A stretch of 64,000 bases of DNA from Gammaproteobacteria bacterium. GTDB lineage: Bacteria > Pseudomonadota > Gammaproteobacteria > Pseudomonadales > Azotimanducaceae. Every line of letters begins with the position of its first letter. Within the stretch, counting starts at the first letter, position 1. Under the pieces are notes generated by a model, which saw only the letters and a program-made list of their open reading frames with translations, was not told the DNA's origin and did no database searches. The position numbers and the translations under genes are program-made. Shown piece after piece: positions 9,472 through 18,861 of the stretch. Location of the stretch: assembly GCA_018665025.1 (NCBI GenBank), contig JABJED010000264.1:6725-70724 (forward strand), written 5' to 3'.

Positions 9472-12400
9472 TTAACCGACAATCCCATCTCGCAATACCG
9501 GAAATCTAACCTCAAACGTGGTTCCTTGCCCACCAATCAATCGAAACGAACCCTCGAGTTGCTCTACCAGGATCGACACGATCTCGAACCCCATGGATCC
9601 AGCTTCCGTATTGACCTCTATAGGCAAGCCGCGACCGCTGTCGGAAACGAAAATTACACACTCTTTTGCAAGCAGATATAACTTTACTTCTACGGTCCCT
9701 GAACCATGCTGCCTACCTTCAAAACCATGAATCAGCGCGTTACTGAACAACTCATTGATAATAAGCCCGCACGGGACTGCAAGGTCGATCGCAAGATCGA
9801 ACTCTCCCAACTCCTTCAGCAAATTAATTTCCAGCTCTTCAGAAACCAATTTTCGGTACAGCGTCGACAAGAGTACGTCGACATACTCGCCCATTGCGAC
9901 CCGTCTAACCTCTCTTGACTGATAAAGGCGTTCGTGAACTAACGCAATGGAACTGATCCTTCGCTCATTCTCACCCAGGATATTCAATATCACTGGATCA
10001 GAACATTTAGCGGATTGAATACTTAACAAACTCGTTAGCGTTCCAAGGTTGTCATAGACGCGATCATGGATTTCACGGAGGAGTACATCTTTCTCCGCCA
10101 GTACGGCACTGAAGTCAGTTCTTTGATCAGCATTTTTTACCAAGGTAATATCTAGCTGATTGTGCAGATTATTTAATTCTACTGTGAGCTGGCCGTGGCT
10201 AACCCTAAGTGCTTCCTGCTCTCGGCTTCGCTCTGTGACATCCCTCACGATACTGACGTATGCCACGCCGTCTTCAGGGGTTTCCAACGCCGGAGAGACG
10301 CTAATTTCGAGTATTTTTCCGGTCCCATCAGACATCAGGTAGGGAACCTCCTCCCGGAAGTTATTACCGCTATCAACGTACTCTTTTGCCTCATGACGCT
10401 GACCCGCTTGCTGGAACAGTATTTCAAAAAGCGGGTAGCCACCCACCTCGGACGGACGTTTACCAAGAACACCGGCTACCGCATTATTAGAGAACATCAC
10501 ATTCCCCTGTTGATTGGCATTTAGTACGCATTCAGCCGTGTCATCCAGGGATTCAACATAGCCTCTCAATCGTCTATTGAAACGGTCCTCTGCCTGCCGG
10601 TTGATTCTTTTCGAGCTGAATATCATCAGCTGATAGAGCGAAAACAGTGCTAAAGCAACATATACACAATACGCCCACCACGTAGCCCACAGAGGCGGAT
10701 TGATGGTTATGGGAATGCTAAGTCCATCCTCATTCCACACTCCATCACTGTTAGCCCCCTGGACTCGTAACAGATACGATCCAGGGTGGAGGTTTGTATA
10801 GGTGATGTTTCGATTGGTACCGTTGTCGATCCACCGGGCATCATAGCCCTCCAGTTTGTATTGATAACGATTTTTCTGGGGATAGGTGTAATCTAACGCT
10901 GCTACTTCGACTGACAGCCCGTTAACGCCATACTCAAGCTGTAACATTCCCCCGTTGGATAATTCAGCTTTCTTATTGTTTAGAAGAAGCTGTGTAACGC
11001 GAACCGGGGGAACATAATCGTTTCGTCGAACCTGCTCTGTTCGTACTACATTAACTCCCTCGTTTCCTCCAAATAAAAGTATCTCTGGAGTCAAGTTTAG
11101 GTCCGCATTAAAATTTAGCTCACCAACTTGAACACCGTGCTCATGGTCAAATTTCAACACCTTATCGGTACCGTCTAACCTCAATATTGAACCCGCGCTA
11201 GCGATCCAGACACTCTCATCAGCCGCGCTCAAGAGCCCATAAACCGCTGCTCCTTCAGTTAGATTTAATCCAACCTTGCGTTCTAACTCGTTGCTACTGA
11301 AATCGAAATAAAACAGACCTCCTTCCAGACCCCCAAACCAAATGCCATTCTGCGTCGCCAGAACGCTGATAATATCACCGCTAACAACCAATTCAGCTTC
11401 ACCTGTACCCAGTCGAGCCGTATCCCCAGTAACAGGATCCAAGCCGAAAACACCTTCGGCGGTACCTATCCACAAGGTTCCTAATGCATATTCGTCAATT
11501 TCATAACACCTAAGATCAGGAAACTGACCCGAAAGATTGCTCAGTTCAGGATATCTTTCAAAACCCTCTTCAATCGATACGAATCTATTTACACCTCCCC
11601 CGAAAGTAGACGTCCAAACATCACCAGTACTCGACAGATACAAATCAGTTATCGCATTTGAGCTCAAAGAAGCCTCCCTATCCTCCTCGTGAACAAAATG
11701 TGCAACCAATATCTGGTTAGAATAAAGGTAGACCCCATTCGAATAAGTTCCAATCCACAACTGATCGAAATTATCAAACAAAATATTCATCACATGGTCT
11801 GAAAACAATTCCCCAGCAGAATCCCGAAAATCTTGCATGGTTCCCGCTAGTGGATCCCAAATCACCACCCCCGAATGGGTCCCGACTGCGACCTTACCCA
11901 ACGAATCTACTGCTAACGAAGAAATGGAATCATCAACATCCAGACCTTCCAGTCCATAGATGGGGAATTGAGTAGTTTGGGTATTGAATGAACTTACCCC
12001 TTTAAATGTGCTCACCCAAATGACACCGCCAACATCTTGAAATAGGTCGTAAACCAAATCTCCTATTAGCCCCTCAGTCTTACGGGGATCATATGAGTAT
12101 GAATGTAGCTTCTGCTTATCTCTATTCCATTTATGCAGGCCCTTATCTGAACCAATCCAAATGTTTCCTAGATTGTCCTCGAGCAGGGCACGAACCCGCT
12201 TGTCTTCAAGGTCGCCACTTTCCGTAAAGCTCTGGAACACCCCCGTCTTTGAAAGAACCGAAAGACCATCATTGTATGTTGCGATCCACAGGTTACCTTC
12301 CATATCAAAAAGAAGCTCTCGGATATAAGCATCCGGGCCTACCCCATACTTCTCATCCATACCATCAGCCGCAACAAACCGGTTGCCTTCCTGCCGGAAC

Positions 12401-13047
12401 AAGCCATTCCTTTCTGTTCCAACCCAAAGCTGCCCTTCGGTGTCTTGCACTATCGCGCGAACGGGTTCCCTTAAAGAATCCAAATATTGAACTCTTTTAT
12501 CAGCGCCAGTCTTCACTGAGAAAACCCCTAGCGATGTTCCTACCAGAACTTCACCAGATTGAGCCTCATATATGACATAGACTTTTAATTCACTACCTTG
12601 AAGCAGTTCTATATGGCGGAAGCTCTGAGTCCCGGGATCATAGACCGAGAGCCCACCACCGGTGCCAACCCATAAAACACCAGAACTATCGACTAGCAGC
12701 GATCGAACAAAGTCATGTGGTATGGATTCAGCCACATCACCTTTCAAGTACTTCCGAACCTTATACCCATCAAATCGATTTAGACCACTCGTTGTTCCAA
12801 ACCAAATAAAACCGGCACCATCCTGAGCAATCGCTGTCACTTGAGATTGTGTCAACTGCACCTCAGGAGGCAGTCTTCTAAAAACTACCTGTTTCTCATC
12901 GATGGGAGGGACATTTTTGTTTGCGCCATACGCACCAGCGATCAACATTGAGACAAAAAAGGGCAAAAAAATTAGCTTGAGAAATTGAAAGAAAGTAAAT
13001 GAACGAATTTTTATGTTGTTAGAGCGCGCATTCCCTGGCCAGTTCAT
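9472..13047 (-). CDS. Periplasmic beta-propeller / Y_Y_Y sensor histidine kinase (HisKA_2-type), paralog 1
   Basis: N-terminal TM segment, many 'two-component regulator propeller' repeats (GLNRFDGY, LWVGTGGGLSVYD, NIWIGSDKGLHKW). Y_Y_Y module (NRYQYKLEGYDARW...YTNLHPGSYLLRVQG), then TM, PAS, H-box LLREIHDRVYDNLGTLTSLLSIQ and an ATPase domain (GLIINELFSNALIHGF, DSGRGLP). The start overlaps the upstream gene's stop (ATGA). Confidence 0.85.
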   Translation of the reverse strand: MNWPGNARSNNIKIRSFTFFQFLKLIFLPFFVSMLIAGAYGANKNVPPIDEKQVVFRRLPPEVQLTQSQVTAIAQDGAGFIWFGTTSGLNRFDGYKVRKYLKGDVAESIPHDFVRSLLVDSSGVLWVGTGGGLSVYDPGTQSFRHIELLQGSELKVYVIYEAQSGEVLVGTSLGVFSVKTGADKRVQYLDSLREPVRAIVQDTEGQLWVGTERNGLFRQEGNRFVAADGMDEKYGVGPDAYIRELLFDMEGNLWIATYNDGLSVLSKTGVFQSFTESGDLEDKRVRALLEDNLGNIWIGSDKGLHKWNRDKQKLHSYSYDPRKTEGLIGDLVYDLFQDVGGVIWVSTFKGVSSFNTQTTQFPIYGLEGLDVDDSISSLAVDSLGKVAVGTHSGVVIWDPLAGTMQDFRDSAGELFSDHVMNILFDNFDQLWIGTYSNGVYLYSNQILVAHFVHEEDREASLSSNAITDLYLSSTGDVWTSTFGGGVNRFVSIEEGFERYPELSNLSGQFPDLRCYEIDEYALGTLWIGTAEGVFGLDPVTGDTARLGTGEAELVVSGDIISVLATQNGIWFGGLEGGLFYFDFSSNELERKVGLNLTEGAAVYGLLSAADESVWIASAGSILRLDGTDKVLKFDHEHGVQVGELNFNADLNLTPEILLFGGNEGVNVVRTEQVRRNDYVPPVRVTQLLLNNKKAELSNGGMLQLEYGVNGLSVEVAALDYTYPQKNRYQYKLEGYDARWIDNGTNRNITYTNLHPGSYLLRVQGANSDGVWNEDGLSIPITINPPLWATWWAYCVYVALALFSLYQLMIFSSKRINRQAEDRFNRRLRGYVESLDDTAECVLNANQQGNVMFSNNAVAGVLGKRPSEVGGYPLFEILFQQAGQRHEAKEYVDSGNNFREEVPYLMSDGTGKILEISVSPALETPEDGVAYVSIVRDVTERSREQEALRVSHGQLTVELNNLHNQLDITLVKNADQRTDFSAVLAEKDVLLREIHDRVYDNLGTLTSLLSIQSAKCSDPVILNILGENERRISSIALVHERLYQSREVRRVAMGEYVDVLLSTLYRKLVSEELEINLLKELGEFDLAIDLAVPCGLIINELFSNALIHGFEGRQHGSGTVEVKLYLLAKECVIFVSDSGRGLPIEVNTEAGSMGFEIVSILVEQLEGSFRLIGGQGTTFEVRFPVLRDGIVG

Positions 13048-15107
13048 TCCAGGCTACGCAGATACTCGGTCATTTCAGCTGCAGGCATTGGTTTGCTGTA
13101 GTAAAAGCCTTGAATGTAGTCACAGCCATAGTCACGTAAAATCTCTAACTGCTCTTCATTTTCAACGCCTTCGGCCAGCGTCGTCAAATTCAAACTCTGA
13201 CCCATAGCAATAATGGCCTTGGTGATCTCTTTATCGTCTTCATCTATATGAAGGTCTTTGATAAAAGAGCGATCAATCTTTAAGGTCGTCAGTGGAAATC
13301 GTTTCAAGTATGACAATGAGCTATAGCCTGTGCCAAAGTCATCCATGCTGATGTTCACCCCGAGACGGCGTAAATCTTCGAGCATCGTTGTGTAGTGCTC
13401 CACATTCTTCATCGCCAGGCCCTCTGTGATCTCTATAGTCAAAGTCGACGGCTTTATTCCTGAAGTCGCCATCGCATCTTGAACTAGTGCCGACACATCT
13501 GTTTCAAACTGACGCGCACTGAAGTTTACTGCTACTCGAAAGCCGTCTAATCCCATATCTCCCCAGCTACGGATCTGGTTGCATACTTTTCTTAGCACAT
13601 ATTCACCCAGTGGCGTGATCAATCCAGTCGCTTCCGCAATGGGAATAAACTCTTCGGGGTCGATCATTCCTTCTTCCGGATCCGGCCAGCGCAACAGCGC
13701 TTCCATACTGGAAAGCTGTCCTGTTTCCAGGTCAATGATCGGCTGGTATTGAACGTCGAAAACACCCTCGACTAACGCCTTCTGCATCCCGTTTTTTCGA
13801 TCAATAAACCTTACGGCGTCTTCATACATCGCGTTGTCGAACACGACATATGAACCCTGAGCATCTGTCTTCGCACGATTCAGGGCGGTGTCGGCATCAC
13901 GCAGCATTTCATCCGCTGAATGATAATCGCCGCTATTCACTACGACCCCGACCGATGCTGTAATATTCAGCGCATTATCATTGACAGCAATAGGTTCCCG
14001 GACCGCAGTCGTGATTCGCTGACAGGCCTGTATCGACTCGGCCACTGCATCGACTGGATCCAACAGAACCGCAAATATATCGCCGCTAAACCGGGAAACT
14101 GTATCGTCATCGCGAATAATTTCCCTTATTCGCTTTCCAATTTCAGTGATGACCTTATCACCAACCTCGTGACCAAACCCTTCATTAATCACTGCGAAAC
14201 CATCAAGCCCGATGAATAGAACCGAGAACTCCCCCTGTTGGCCATCTCTTTCCCGCCGGTTAATCGATCGATTAAGTCGATCCACGAACAAGGCCCTGTT
14301 GGGAAGCTCTGTCAAACCATCAAAGAAGGCGTTTTTCTGAATTGTTTCCTCGTAACCGAGTTGTTGCGAAATGTCCCTAAAGGTAATAACCGTAAGATTA
14401 GAATCTTTGTCCAAAAAGTTTGCACTTAGTTCAATCGGTACTGTTCGTCCATCGGCTCGCGTAAGCATTTGTCGAATACCACTGAACTGCTTCCAGTAGG
14501 CAAAAGTTTCCGGACTCATCAGGTTGATGACCCCTTGCCCGGATTCGAACGCCTCCAGCTTGAAAAGATCATCGATGCCCATTCCAAATCCAGCCCCGGC
14601 CTCACAACCCACTATCTTCTCTGCCATAGGATTAATCAGGAATATCTTGCCACTTGCATCTGCTGCAATTACACCGTCGCTCACATTATTCAAAGTGGCA
14701 TCCAGGTTTTGCTTGGTGTCTGCCAGGTCTCGCTCTACTTTATGCTTAAAGAGAGCAATTTCTATATTTATAGAAAGTTCTCTGTTATCAAACGGCTTTA
14801 GCACATAGCCAAAAGGAGAGGTGACCTTGGCGCGCTGTAACACTTCATCGTTCGAATACGCGGTGCAGAAAATAACAGGGATCGACCTGGCTTCGTTAAT
14901 CTTCGTTGCTGCCTCAATACCATCCATTTCACCTCGGAGGTTAATATCCATAAGGATCAAATCCGGATTTTCACTCAAGGCAAGTTTTATGGCGTCCTCA
15001 CCTCTGGCAGCAGTACCAGCAACGGTGTAGCCCATACGCTCGAGACGAGCACGAATATCTCTTGCTACCAGCACCTCATCTTCAACAATTAAAACGCTAT
15101 TACTCAT
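13044..15107 (-). CDS. Response regulator REC-PAS-GGDEF(degenerate)-EAL; likely a c-di-GMP phosphodiesterase
   Basis: REC (LIVEDEVLVARDI, DLILMDINL). The GGDEF site reads RFSGDIFAVLL. The EAL domain looks intact (EALLRW, DDFGTGYSSLSYL, KIDRSF, AEGVE). Confidence 0.9.
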   Translation of the reverse strand: MSNSVLIVEDEVLVARDIRARLERMGYTVAGTAARGEDAIKLALSENPDLILMDINLRGEMDGIEAATKINEARSIPVIFCTAYSNDEVLQRAKVTSPFGYVLKPFDNRELSINIEIALFKHKVERDLADTKQNLDATLNNVSDGVIAADASGKIFLINPMAEKIVGCEAGAGFGMGIDDLFKLEAFESGQGVINLMSPETFAYWKQFSGIRQMLTRADGRTVPIELSANFLDKDSNLTVITFRDISQQLGYEETIQKNAFFDGLTELPNRALFVDRLNRSINRRERDGQQGEFSVLFIGLDGFAVINEGFGHEVGDKVITEIGKRIREIIRDDDTVSRFSGDIFAVLLDPVDAVAESIQACQRITTAVREPIAVNDNALNITASVGVVVNSGDYHSADEMLRDADTALNRAKTDAQGSYVVFDNAMYEDAVRFIDRKNGMQKALVEGVFDVQYQPIIDLETGQLSSMEALLRWPDPEEGMIDPEEFIPIAEATGLITPLGEYVLRKVCNQIRSWGDMGLDGFRVAVNFSARQFETDVSALVQDAMATSGIKPSTLTIEITEGLAMKNVEHYTTMLEDLRRLGVNISMDDFGTGYSSLSYLKRFPLTTLKIDRSFIKDLHIDEDDKEITKAIIAMGQSLNLTTLAEGVENEEQLEILRDYGCDYIQGFYYSKPMPAAEMTEYLRSLE

Positions 15108-18100
15108 TTATCGCTCTTGGGAAGCGAATCTGGAAAACAGCCCCATCATCATTATGTGCGGACAGCGTGCCTTCAAGCTGCTCGGTCAAAATTGTTACAA
15201 TTTCCAGCCCCATCGACGTGTTCTTACTAAGATCAAAGTCTGGCGGGAGGCCAGAACCGTTGTCCGATATCCGCAGATCAAAGCTACAATCAGTGGTTAC
15301 AAAATCAATATCTATAATCCCTGTCTCCTCCTTATCATGAAATGCGTGCTTCAAAGAATTCGATACAAGCTCGTTGATTATGAGACCGCATGGAACGGCA
15401 GTCTCCAGGTCCAACACTACATTCTCTACGTTGACTTCCACGAAAACTGAGACTCCCGGAACCACGTATGATCGACTTAAGCTGTTGGTTAGTAACTCTA
15501 TGTAATCTTGAAAGTCTATGTTCAAAAGATCTTTTGATTGGTAGAGCGATTCATGAATCAGCGTCATCGACTTGATTCGCTGCTGACTTTCGTTAAGCAG
15601 GCTTGAATAAACCTCGTCGTCTACACCCTCCGCCTGGATGCTTAACAGGCTGGAGATGACCTGCATGTTGTTCTTCACACGATGATGGACTTCTTTGATC
15701 AATAGTTCTTTTTCAGCTAGTGAATTTTCGAGAGCCTGCTGTTGCAGTAGGCTTTTGCTAACTTCTTCCTCCAACTTACTCGTTCTTTCTATAACCTGCG
15801 TTTCAAGGTTTCTTGAATAGTGCTCCAGCTGAAGTTCAGTTTCCTTTCTCTGCGTGATATCTCGCGCAATCGCAATCAACGTCACGACACCCTGATACTC
15901 AGTTCGCGCAACGCTAATCTCATAAAATTTTTCCACCGCCAGTCGGCGAACCACTTCGGTGGAGAATCGCCCCGACTCCACAACACGAGATTCCACTTCG
16001 GCTCTCTCGTCAGCTGAATCAAAGAGCGTTTCTAGTAACTGACTACCAACGCCAGAGTCTAGCTCTGGGGTTTTAAACAACGCCAAAAACAGTGCATTTT
16101 GGTACTCGATGACGCCTTCTTCCGACGCAATTGCTATCGCGTCCGTGGCTTGCTCTAACGTCTGGATGTACTTTTCAAGGCGTGCTCGATGACTATCTTC
16201 AGCGATCCTCGCCATCCGCTGTGCGTTTAATCTATAGATGCCGGTTAAAACCAATACCGCCAAAATAAGGTAGCCCAAATAGGCCCACCAGCTCTGAAAC
16301 CAGGGAGGAAGTACATTTAGCTCAACCGCTAGCTGGTCACTTGACCATATTCCATCACCGTTGGTCGCCCTTACCCTAAAGGTGTATCTGCCGGGGTCCA
16401 GATTGGTATAAGCCACTGACCTATCGTTACCTGCTTTTACCCAATCAGGTTCGAATCCCTCTAACTGATATTCATACTGGTTTCGTAACGGACTAGAGTA
16501 GTCCATCGCTCCGTATTCAAACTCGATCACGTAGTCGTCGTGTTCAATTTCAATCTGGCTGGACTCAGTAAACGGTCTGTCGAGCGCGAAGTTTTTGTTC
16601 AGTTTTTTAAAACCGGTTAACTCCACCTTGGGTGAAAATGTACTCGACTTAATTTCTAAAGGATTGAAGGCATTAAAACCGGAATTCCCGCCGTACAAAA
16701 AGGTGCCGTCCATCATTCTTAGATAGGCGCCGTTGTTAAAATCGTCCGCTTGAAGCCCATGGCTAGTGTCGTAGATGTCCCACTGCCCCTCTTCCTTCAG
16801 AACTGACAACCCTTTCCCACCGCTCACCCACGCGCCGAGATTATCGTCTTCGAGCACGCCATAGGCTGCTACCGACGAGAGACCGTCTTCTTTAGTGATA
16901 CGAGTGACTTCTAACGTTGTCGGATCCACAAGGCTCAGGCCGGCGTCTCTGGCCCCTACCCACATCCCCCGAGCACCTTTAGAAACGGATACAAGGTTAT
17001 CGGAAGCTATCGTGCTCCGCTCCTCGGCATTGTGCCTGAGCGTTGTCACAACCTCATTCTCGGGATCAAGAATCATCAAGCCACCACCGTTGCTCGCGAT
17101 CCAAATATTACCCAGTACATCCTCTGCAACATCAGTTATTCGGAGGTCGGAAAATTCAGTCTTATTGTTGGGGTAGTGCTTGAACGAGGTACCGCCTTGG
17201 TATAAATCCAGACCGGTTCCATACAAACCAACCCAAATCCGCTTTTGGCTATCGACAAAGACTTTACTTACCTGGTCGCTAGCCAGGCTAGATGCCTTGC
17301 TGCTTGCTGTGTATTGTCGGGTTAACCCTGTGTTCACAGTGAAGGCAGTCAATCCGCCGTTCATCGTTCCAATCCAGACCGTAGAGTTCTCTTCTTGCTC
17401 TTCAACCGCCAAGGCCATCACTCGGTTGTCTCTGAGAGCAAAGTCATCTATTCGGCGGAACTCACCACTCGTTTTGTCATAGGCTGTTAGGCCAGTAAAA
17501 GTTCCAATCCATAAGGTTGTTTTATCTTCAGCAAAAGACGTGATGCTGTTGCCAGCCAGCTCCCCTCCTGTGTTGCGATCCATCTTGTAAAGCGCAAACC
17601 TGGGAGCGGCGGAATTCCATTTCGATATACCATTATAGGTACCCACCCAGATTACCCTGCCCGCATCTTCAAACAACGCGGACACCTTATTATCTGATAA
17701 AGAGCTTGGATCACTGCCTTTGTGCGTGAAATTTGAGGATGTGCCTTCTTCCTGATCTAAAACGAATAATCCATCATCCGTGCCTACCCAAATTCGGCCT
17801 TCGCTGTCGCTTAACAGGTTTCTCGTTCTAGTCGTCGCAGTGCCTTGGACTGACTCTAATGGTTGATATTGGAACTGTAGTGTCGTCGTGTCGCCGCGCC
17901 ATAAACCATTGTTGAAGGTTGCTACCCAAAGAAAACCTTTGGGACCTACCATCAGGCTCCTGATCATGTTGCCTGGTAGGTCAGTATCGTAGAACCCTCG
18001 CGTAAAACGGATAATTTCACCACTGTCAGGGTTCAGCCGCGACAGGCCACTAGGGTCGGTTCCTACCCAGATATTACCCTGGGTGTCTTGTTCAATAGCG

Positions 18101-18642
18101 TGAACTGCACCTTGACCCAGCGTTTGGGGATCAACAGCCTCATGCCGATAGTGTGTTAGCGAACTTTCGCTCGTTATCTTGATCAACCCAGCGCCTGTAC
18201 CAACCCACAAGCTACCATCAGCGTCAACAAACAATGCTCGGATGGAACTATCGCTGCCGGTGACAGGGGTAGTTGCTTCTCTTATATCGACTATATCGAC
18301 GCGGCGGAAGGTTGATGTCGCAGCGTTAAAGACGTTCAATCCGTTGTCAGTACCGATCCATATGTTTCCTTGAGAGTCCTCGACTATCGCCGAAACATAA
18401 TCGTGTGACAGGGATGTCAGGTCAGCTTGAACGTTAAAAAACGTTTCAAACTTCTCTCCGTCGTAAATGTTTAATCCTTCAGTCGTACCTATCCAGACCA
18501 GCCCACTCGAATCTTGAGTGATAACATTTACCGTCGTTTGAGATAGTCCTTCTCTCGTGTTGATTCGCTCAAATGTTGGATTCAGACGGTTTACCAGGTC
18601 AGAGGCGGACACTTCCCCGACACTAATTAACCCTAGAACCAA
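15100..18642 (-). CDS. Periplasmic beta-propeller / Y_Y_Y sensor histidine kinase (HisKA_2-type), paralog 2
   Basis: Same architecture as 9472..13047: propeller repeats, NQYEYQLEGFEPDW...YTNLDPGRYTFRVRA, TM, PAS, canonical H-box EVHHRVKNNMQVISSLLSIQ, and GLIINELVSNSLKHAF...DNGSGLP. The track start is TTG 18642. An in-frame CTG at 18657 would give a better signal peptide (MKYAFLVLGLISVGEVSA). The stop overlaps the REC-EAL start (ATGAGTAA). Confidence 0.85.
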   Translation of the reverse strand: MVLGLISVGEVSASDLVNRLNPTFERINTREGLSQTTVNVITQDSSGLVWIGTTEGLNIYDGEKFETFFNVQADLTSLSHDYVSAIVEDSQGNIWIGTDNGLNVFNAATSTFRRVDIVDIREATTPVTGSDSSIRALFVDADGSLWVGTGAGLIKITSESSLTHYRHEAVDPQTLGQGAVHAIEQDTQGNIWVGTDPSGLSRLNPDSGEIIRFTRGFYDTDLPGNMIRSLMVGPKGFLWVATFNNGLWRGDTTTLQFQYQPLESVQGTATTRTRNLLSDSEGRIWVGTDDGLFVLDQEEGTSSNFTHKGSDPSSLSDNKVSALFEDAGRVIWVGTYNGISKWNSAAPRFALYKMDRNTGGELAGNSITSFAEDKTTLWIGTFTGLTAYDKTSGEFRRIDDFALRDNRVMALAVEEQEENSTVWIGTMNGGLTAFTVNTGLTRQYTASSKASSLASDQVSKVFVDSQKRIWVGLYGTGLDLYQGGTSFKHYPNNKTEFSDLRITDVAEDVLGNIWIASNGGGLMILDPENEVVTTLRHNAEERSTIASDNLVSVSKGARGMWVGARDAGLSLVDPTTLEVTRITKEDGLSSVAAYGVLEDDNLGAWVSGGKGLSVLKEEGQWDIYDTSHGLQADDFNNGAYLRMMDGTFLYGGNSGFNAFNPLEIKSSTFSPKVELTGFKKLNKNFALDRPFTESSQIEIEHDDYVIEFEYGAMDYSSPLRNQYEYQLEGFEPDWVKAGNDRSVAYTNLDPGRYTFRVRATNGDGIWSSDQLAVELNVLPPWFQSWWAYLGYLILAVLVLTGIYRLNAQRMARIAEDSHRARLEKYIQTLEQATDAIAIASEEGVIEYQNALFLALFKTPELDSGVGSQLLETLFDSADERAEVESRVVESGRFSTEVVRRLAVEKFYEISVARTEYQGVVTLIAIARDITQRKETELQLEHYSRNLETQVIERTSKLEEEVSKSLLQQQALENSLAEKELLIKEVHHRVKNNMQVISSLLSIQAEGVDDEVYSSLLNESQQRIKSMTLIHESLYQSKDLLNIDFQDYIELLTNSLSRSYVVPGVSVFVEVNVENVVLDLETAVPCGLIINELVSNSLKHAFHDKEETGIIDIDFVTTDCSFDLRISDNGSGLPPDFDLSKNTSMGLEIVTILTEQLEGTLSAHNDDGAVFQIRFPRAINE

Positions 18643-18861
18643 GAATGCGTACTTCAGTGTCCTTAAATGCTTAAAAATGTATAACCCCTCATTCTTGCTC
18701 TACCCAACGGGCGATCCCTGCGCTATTGAGTTACCACACAAAATCAGACCCTTCTATGTCTGACCAACTTTCACCTTCTATCTTTCCGATAAGCTCTTTA
18801 ATACCCGTGACTAAAGCAGCACTTTGCGATGTATCAGACATCTTGATGCCTAATTCTTCCG

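Noticed and set aside
9356-9475. 39-aa + strand ORF (MLSRSSVELFSDEPTKNQMAYQKKIRELLDSYVERHIKS) between the crotonase and kinase genes
   Set aside because: No clear Shine-Dalgarno, no recognisable family, and it overlaps the convergent kinase stop. It is too short to support from sequence alone.
16440-16465. GGTTCGAATCC string resembling a tRNA T-loop
   Set aside because: The flanks do not form a T-stem or acceptor stem, and it lies inside the well-supported kinase coding frame.
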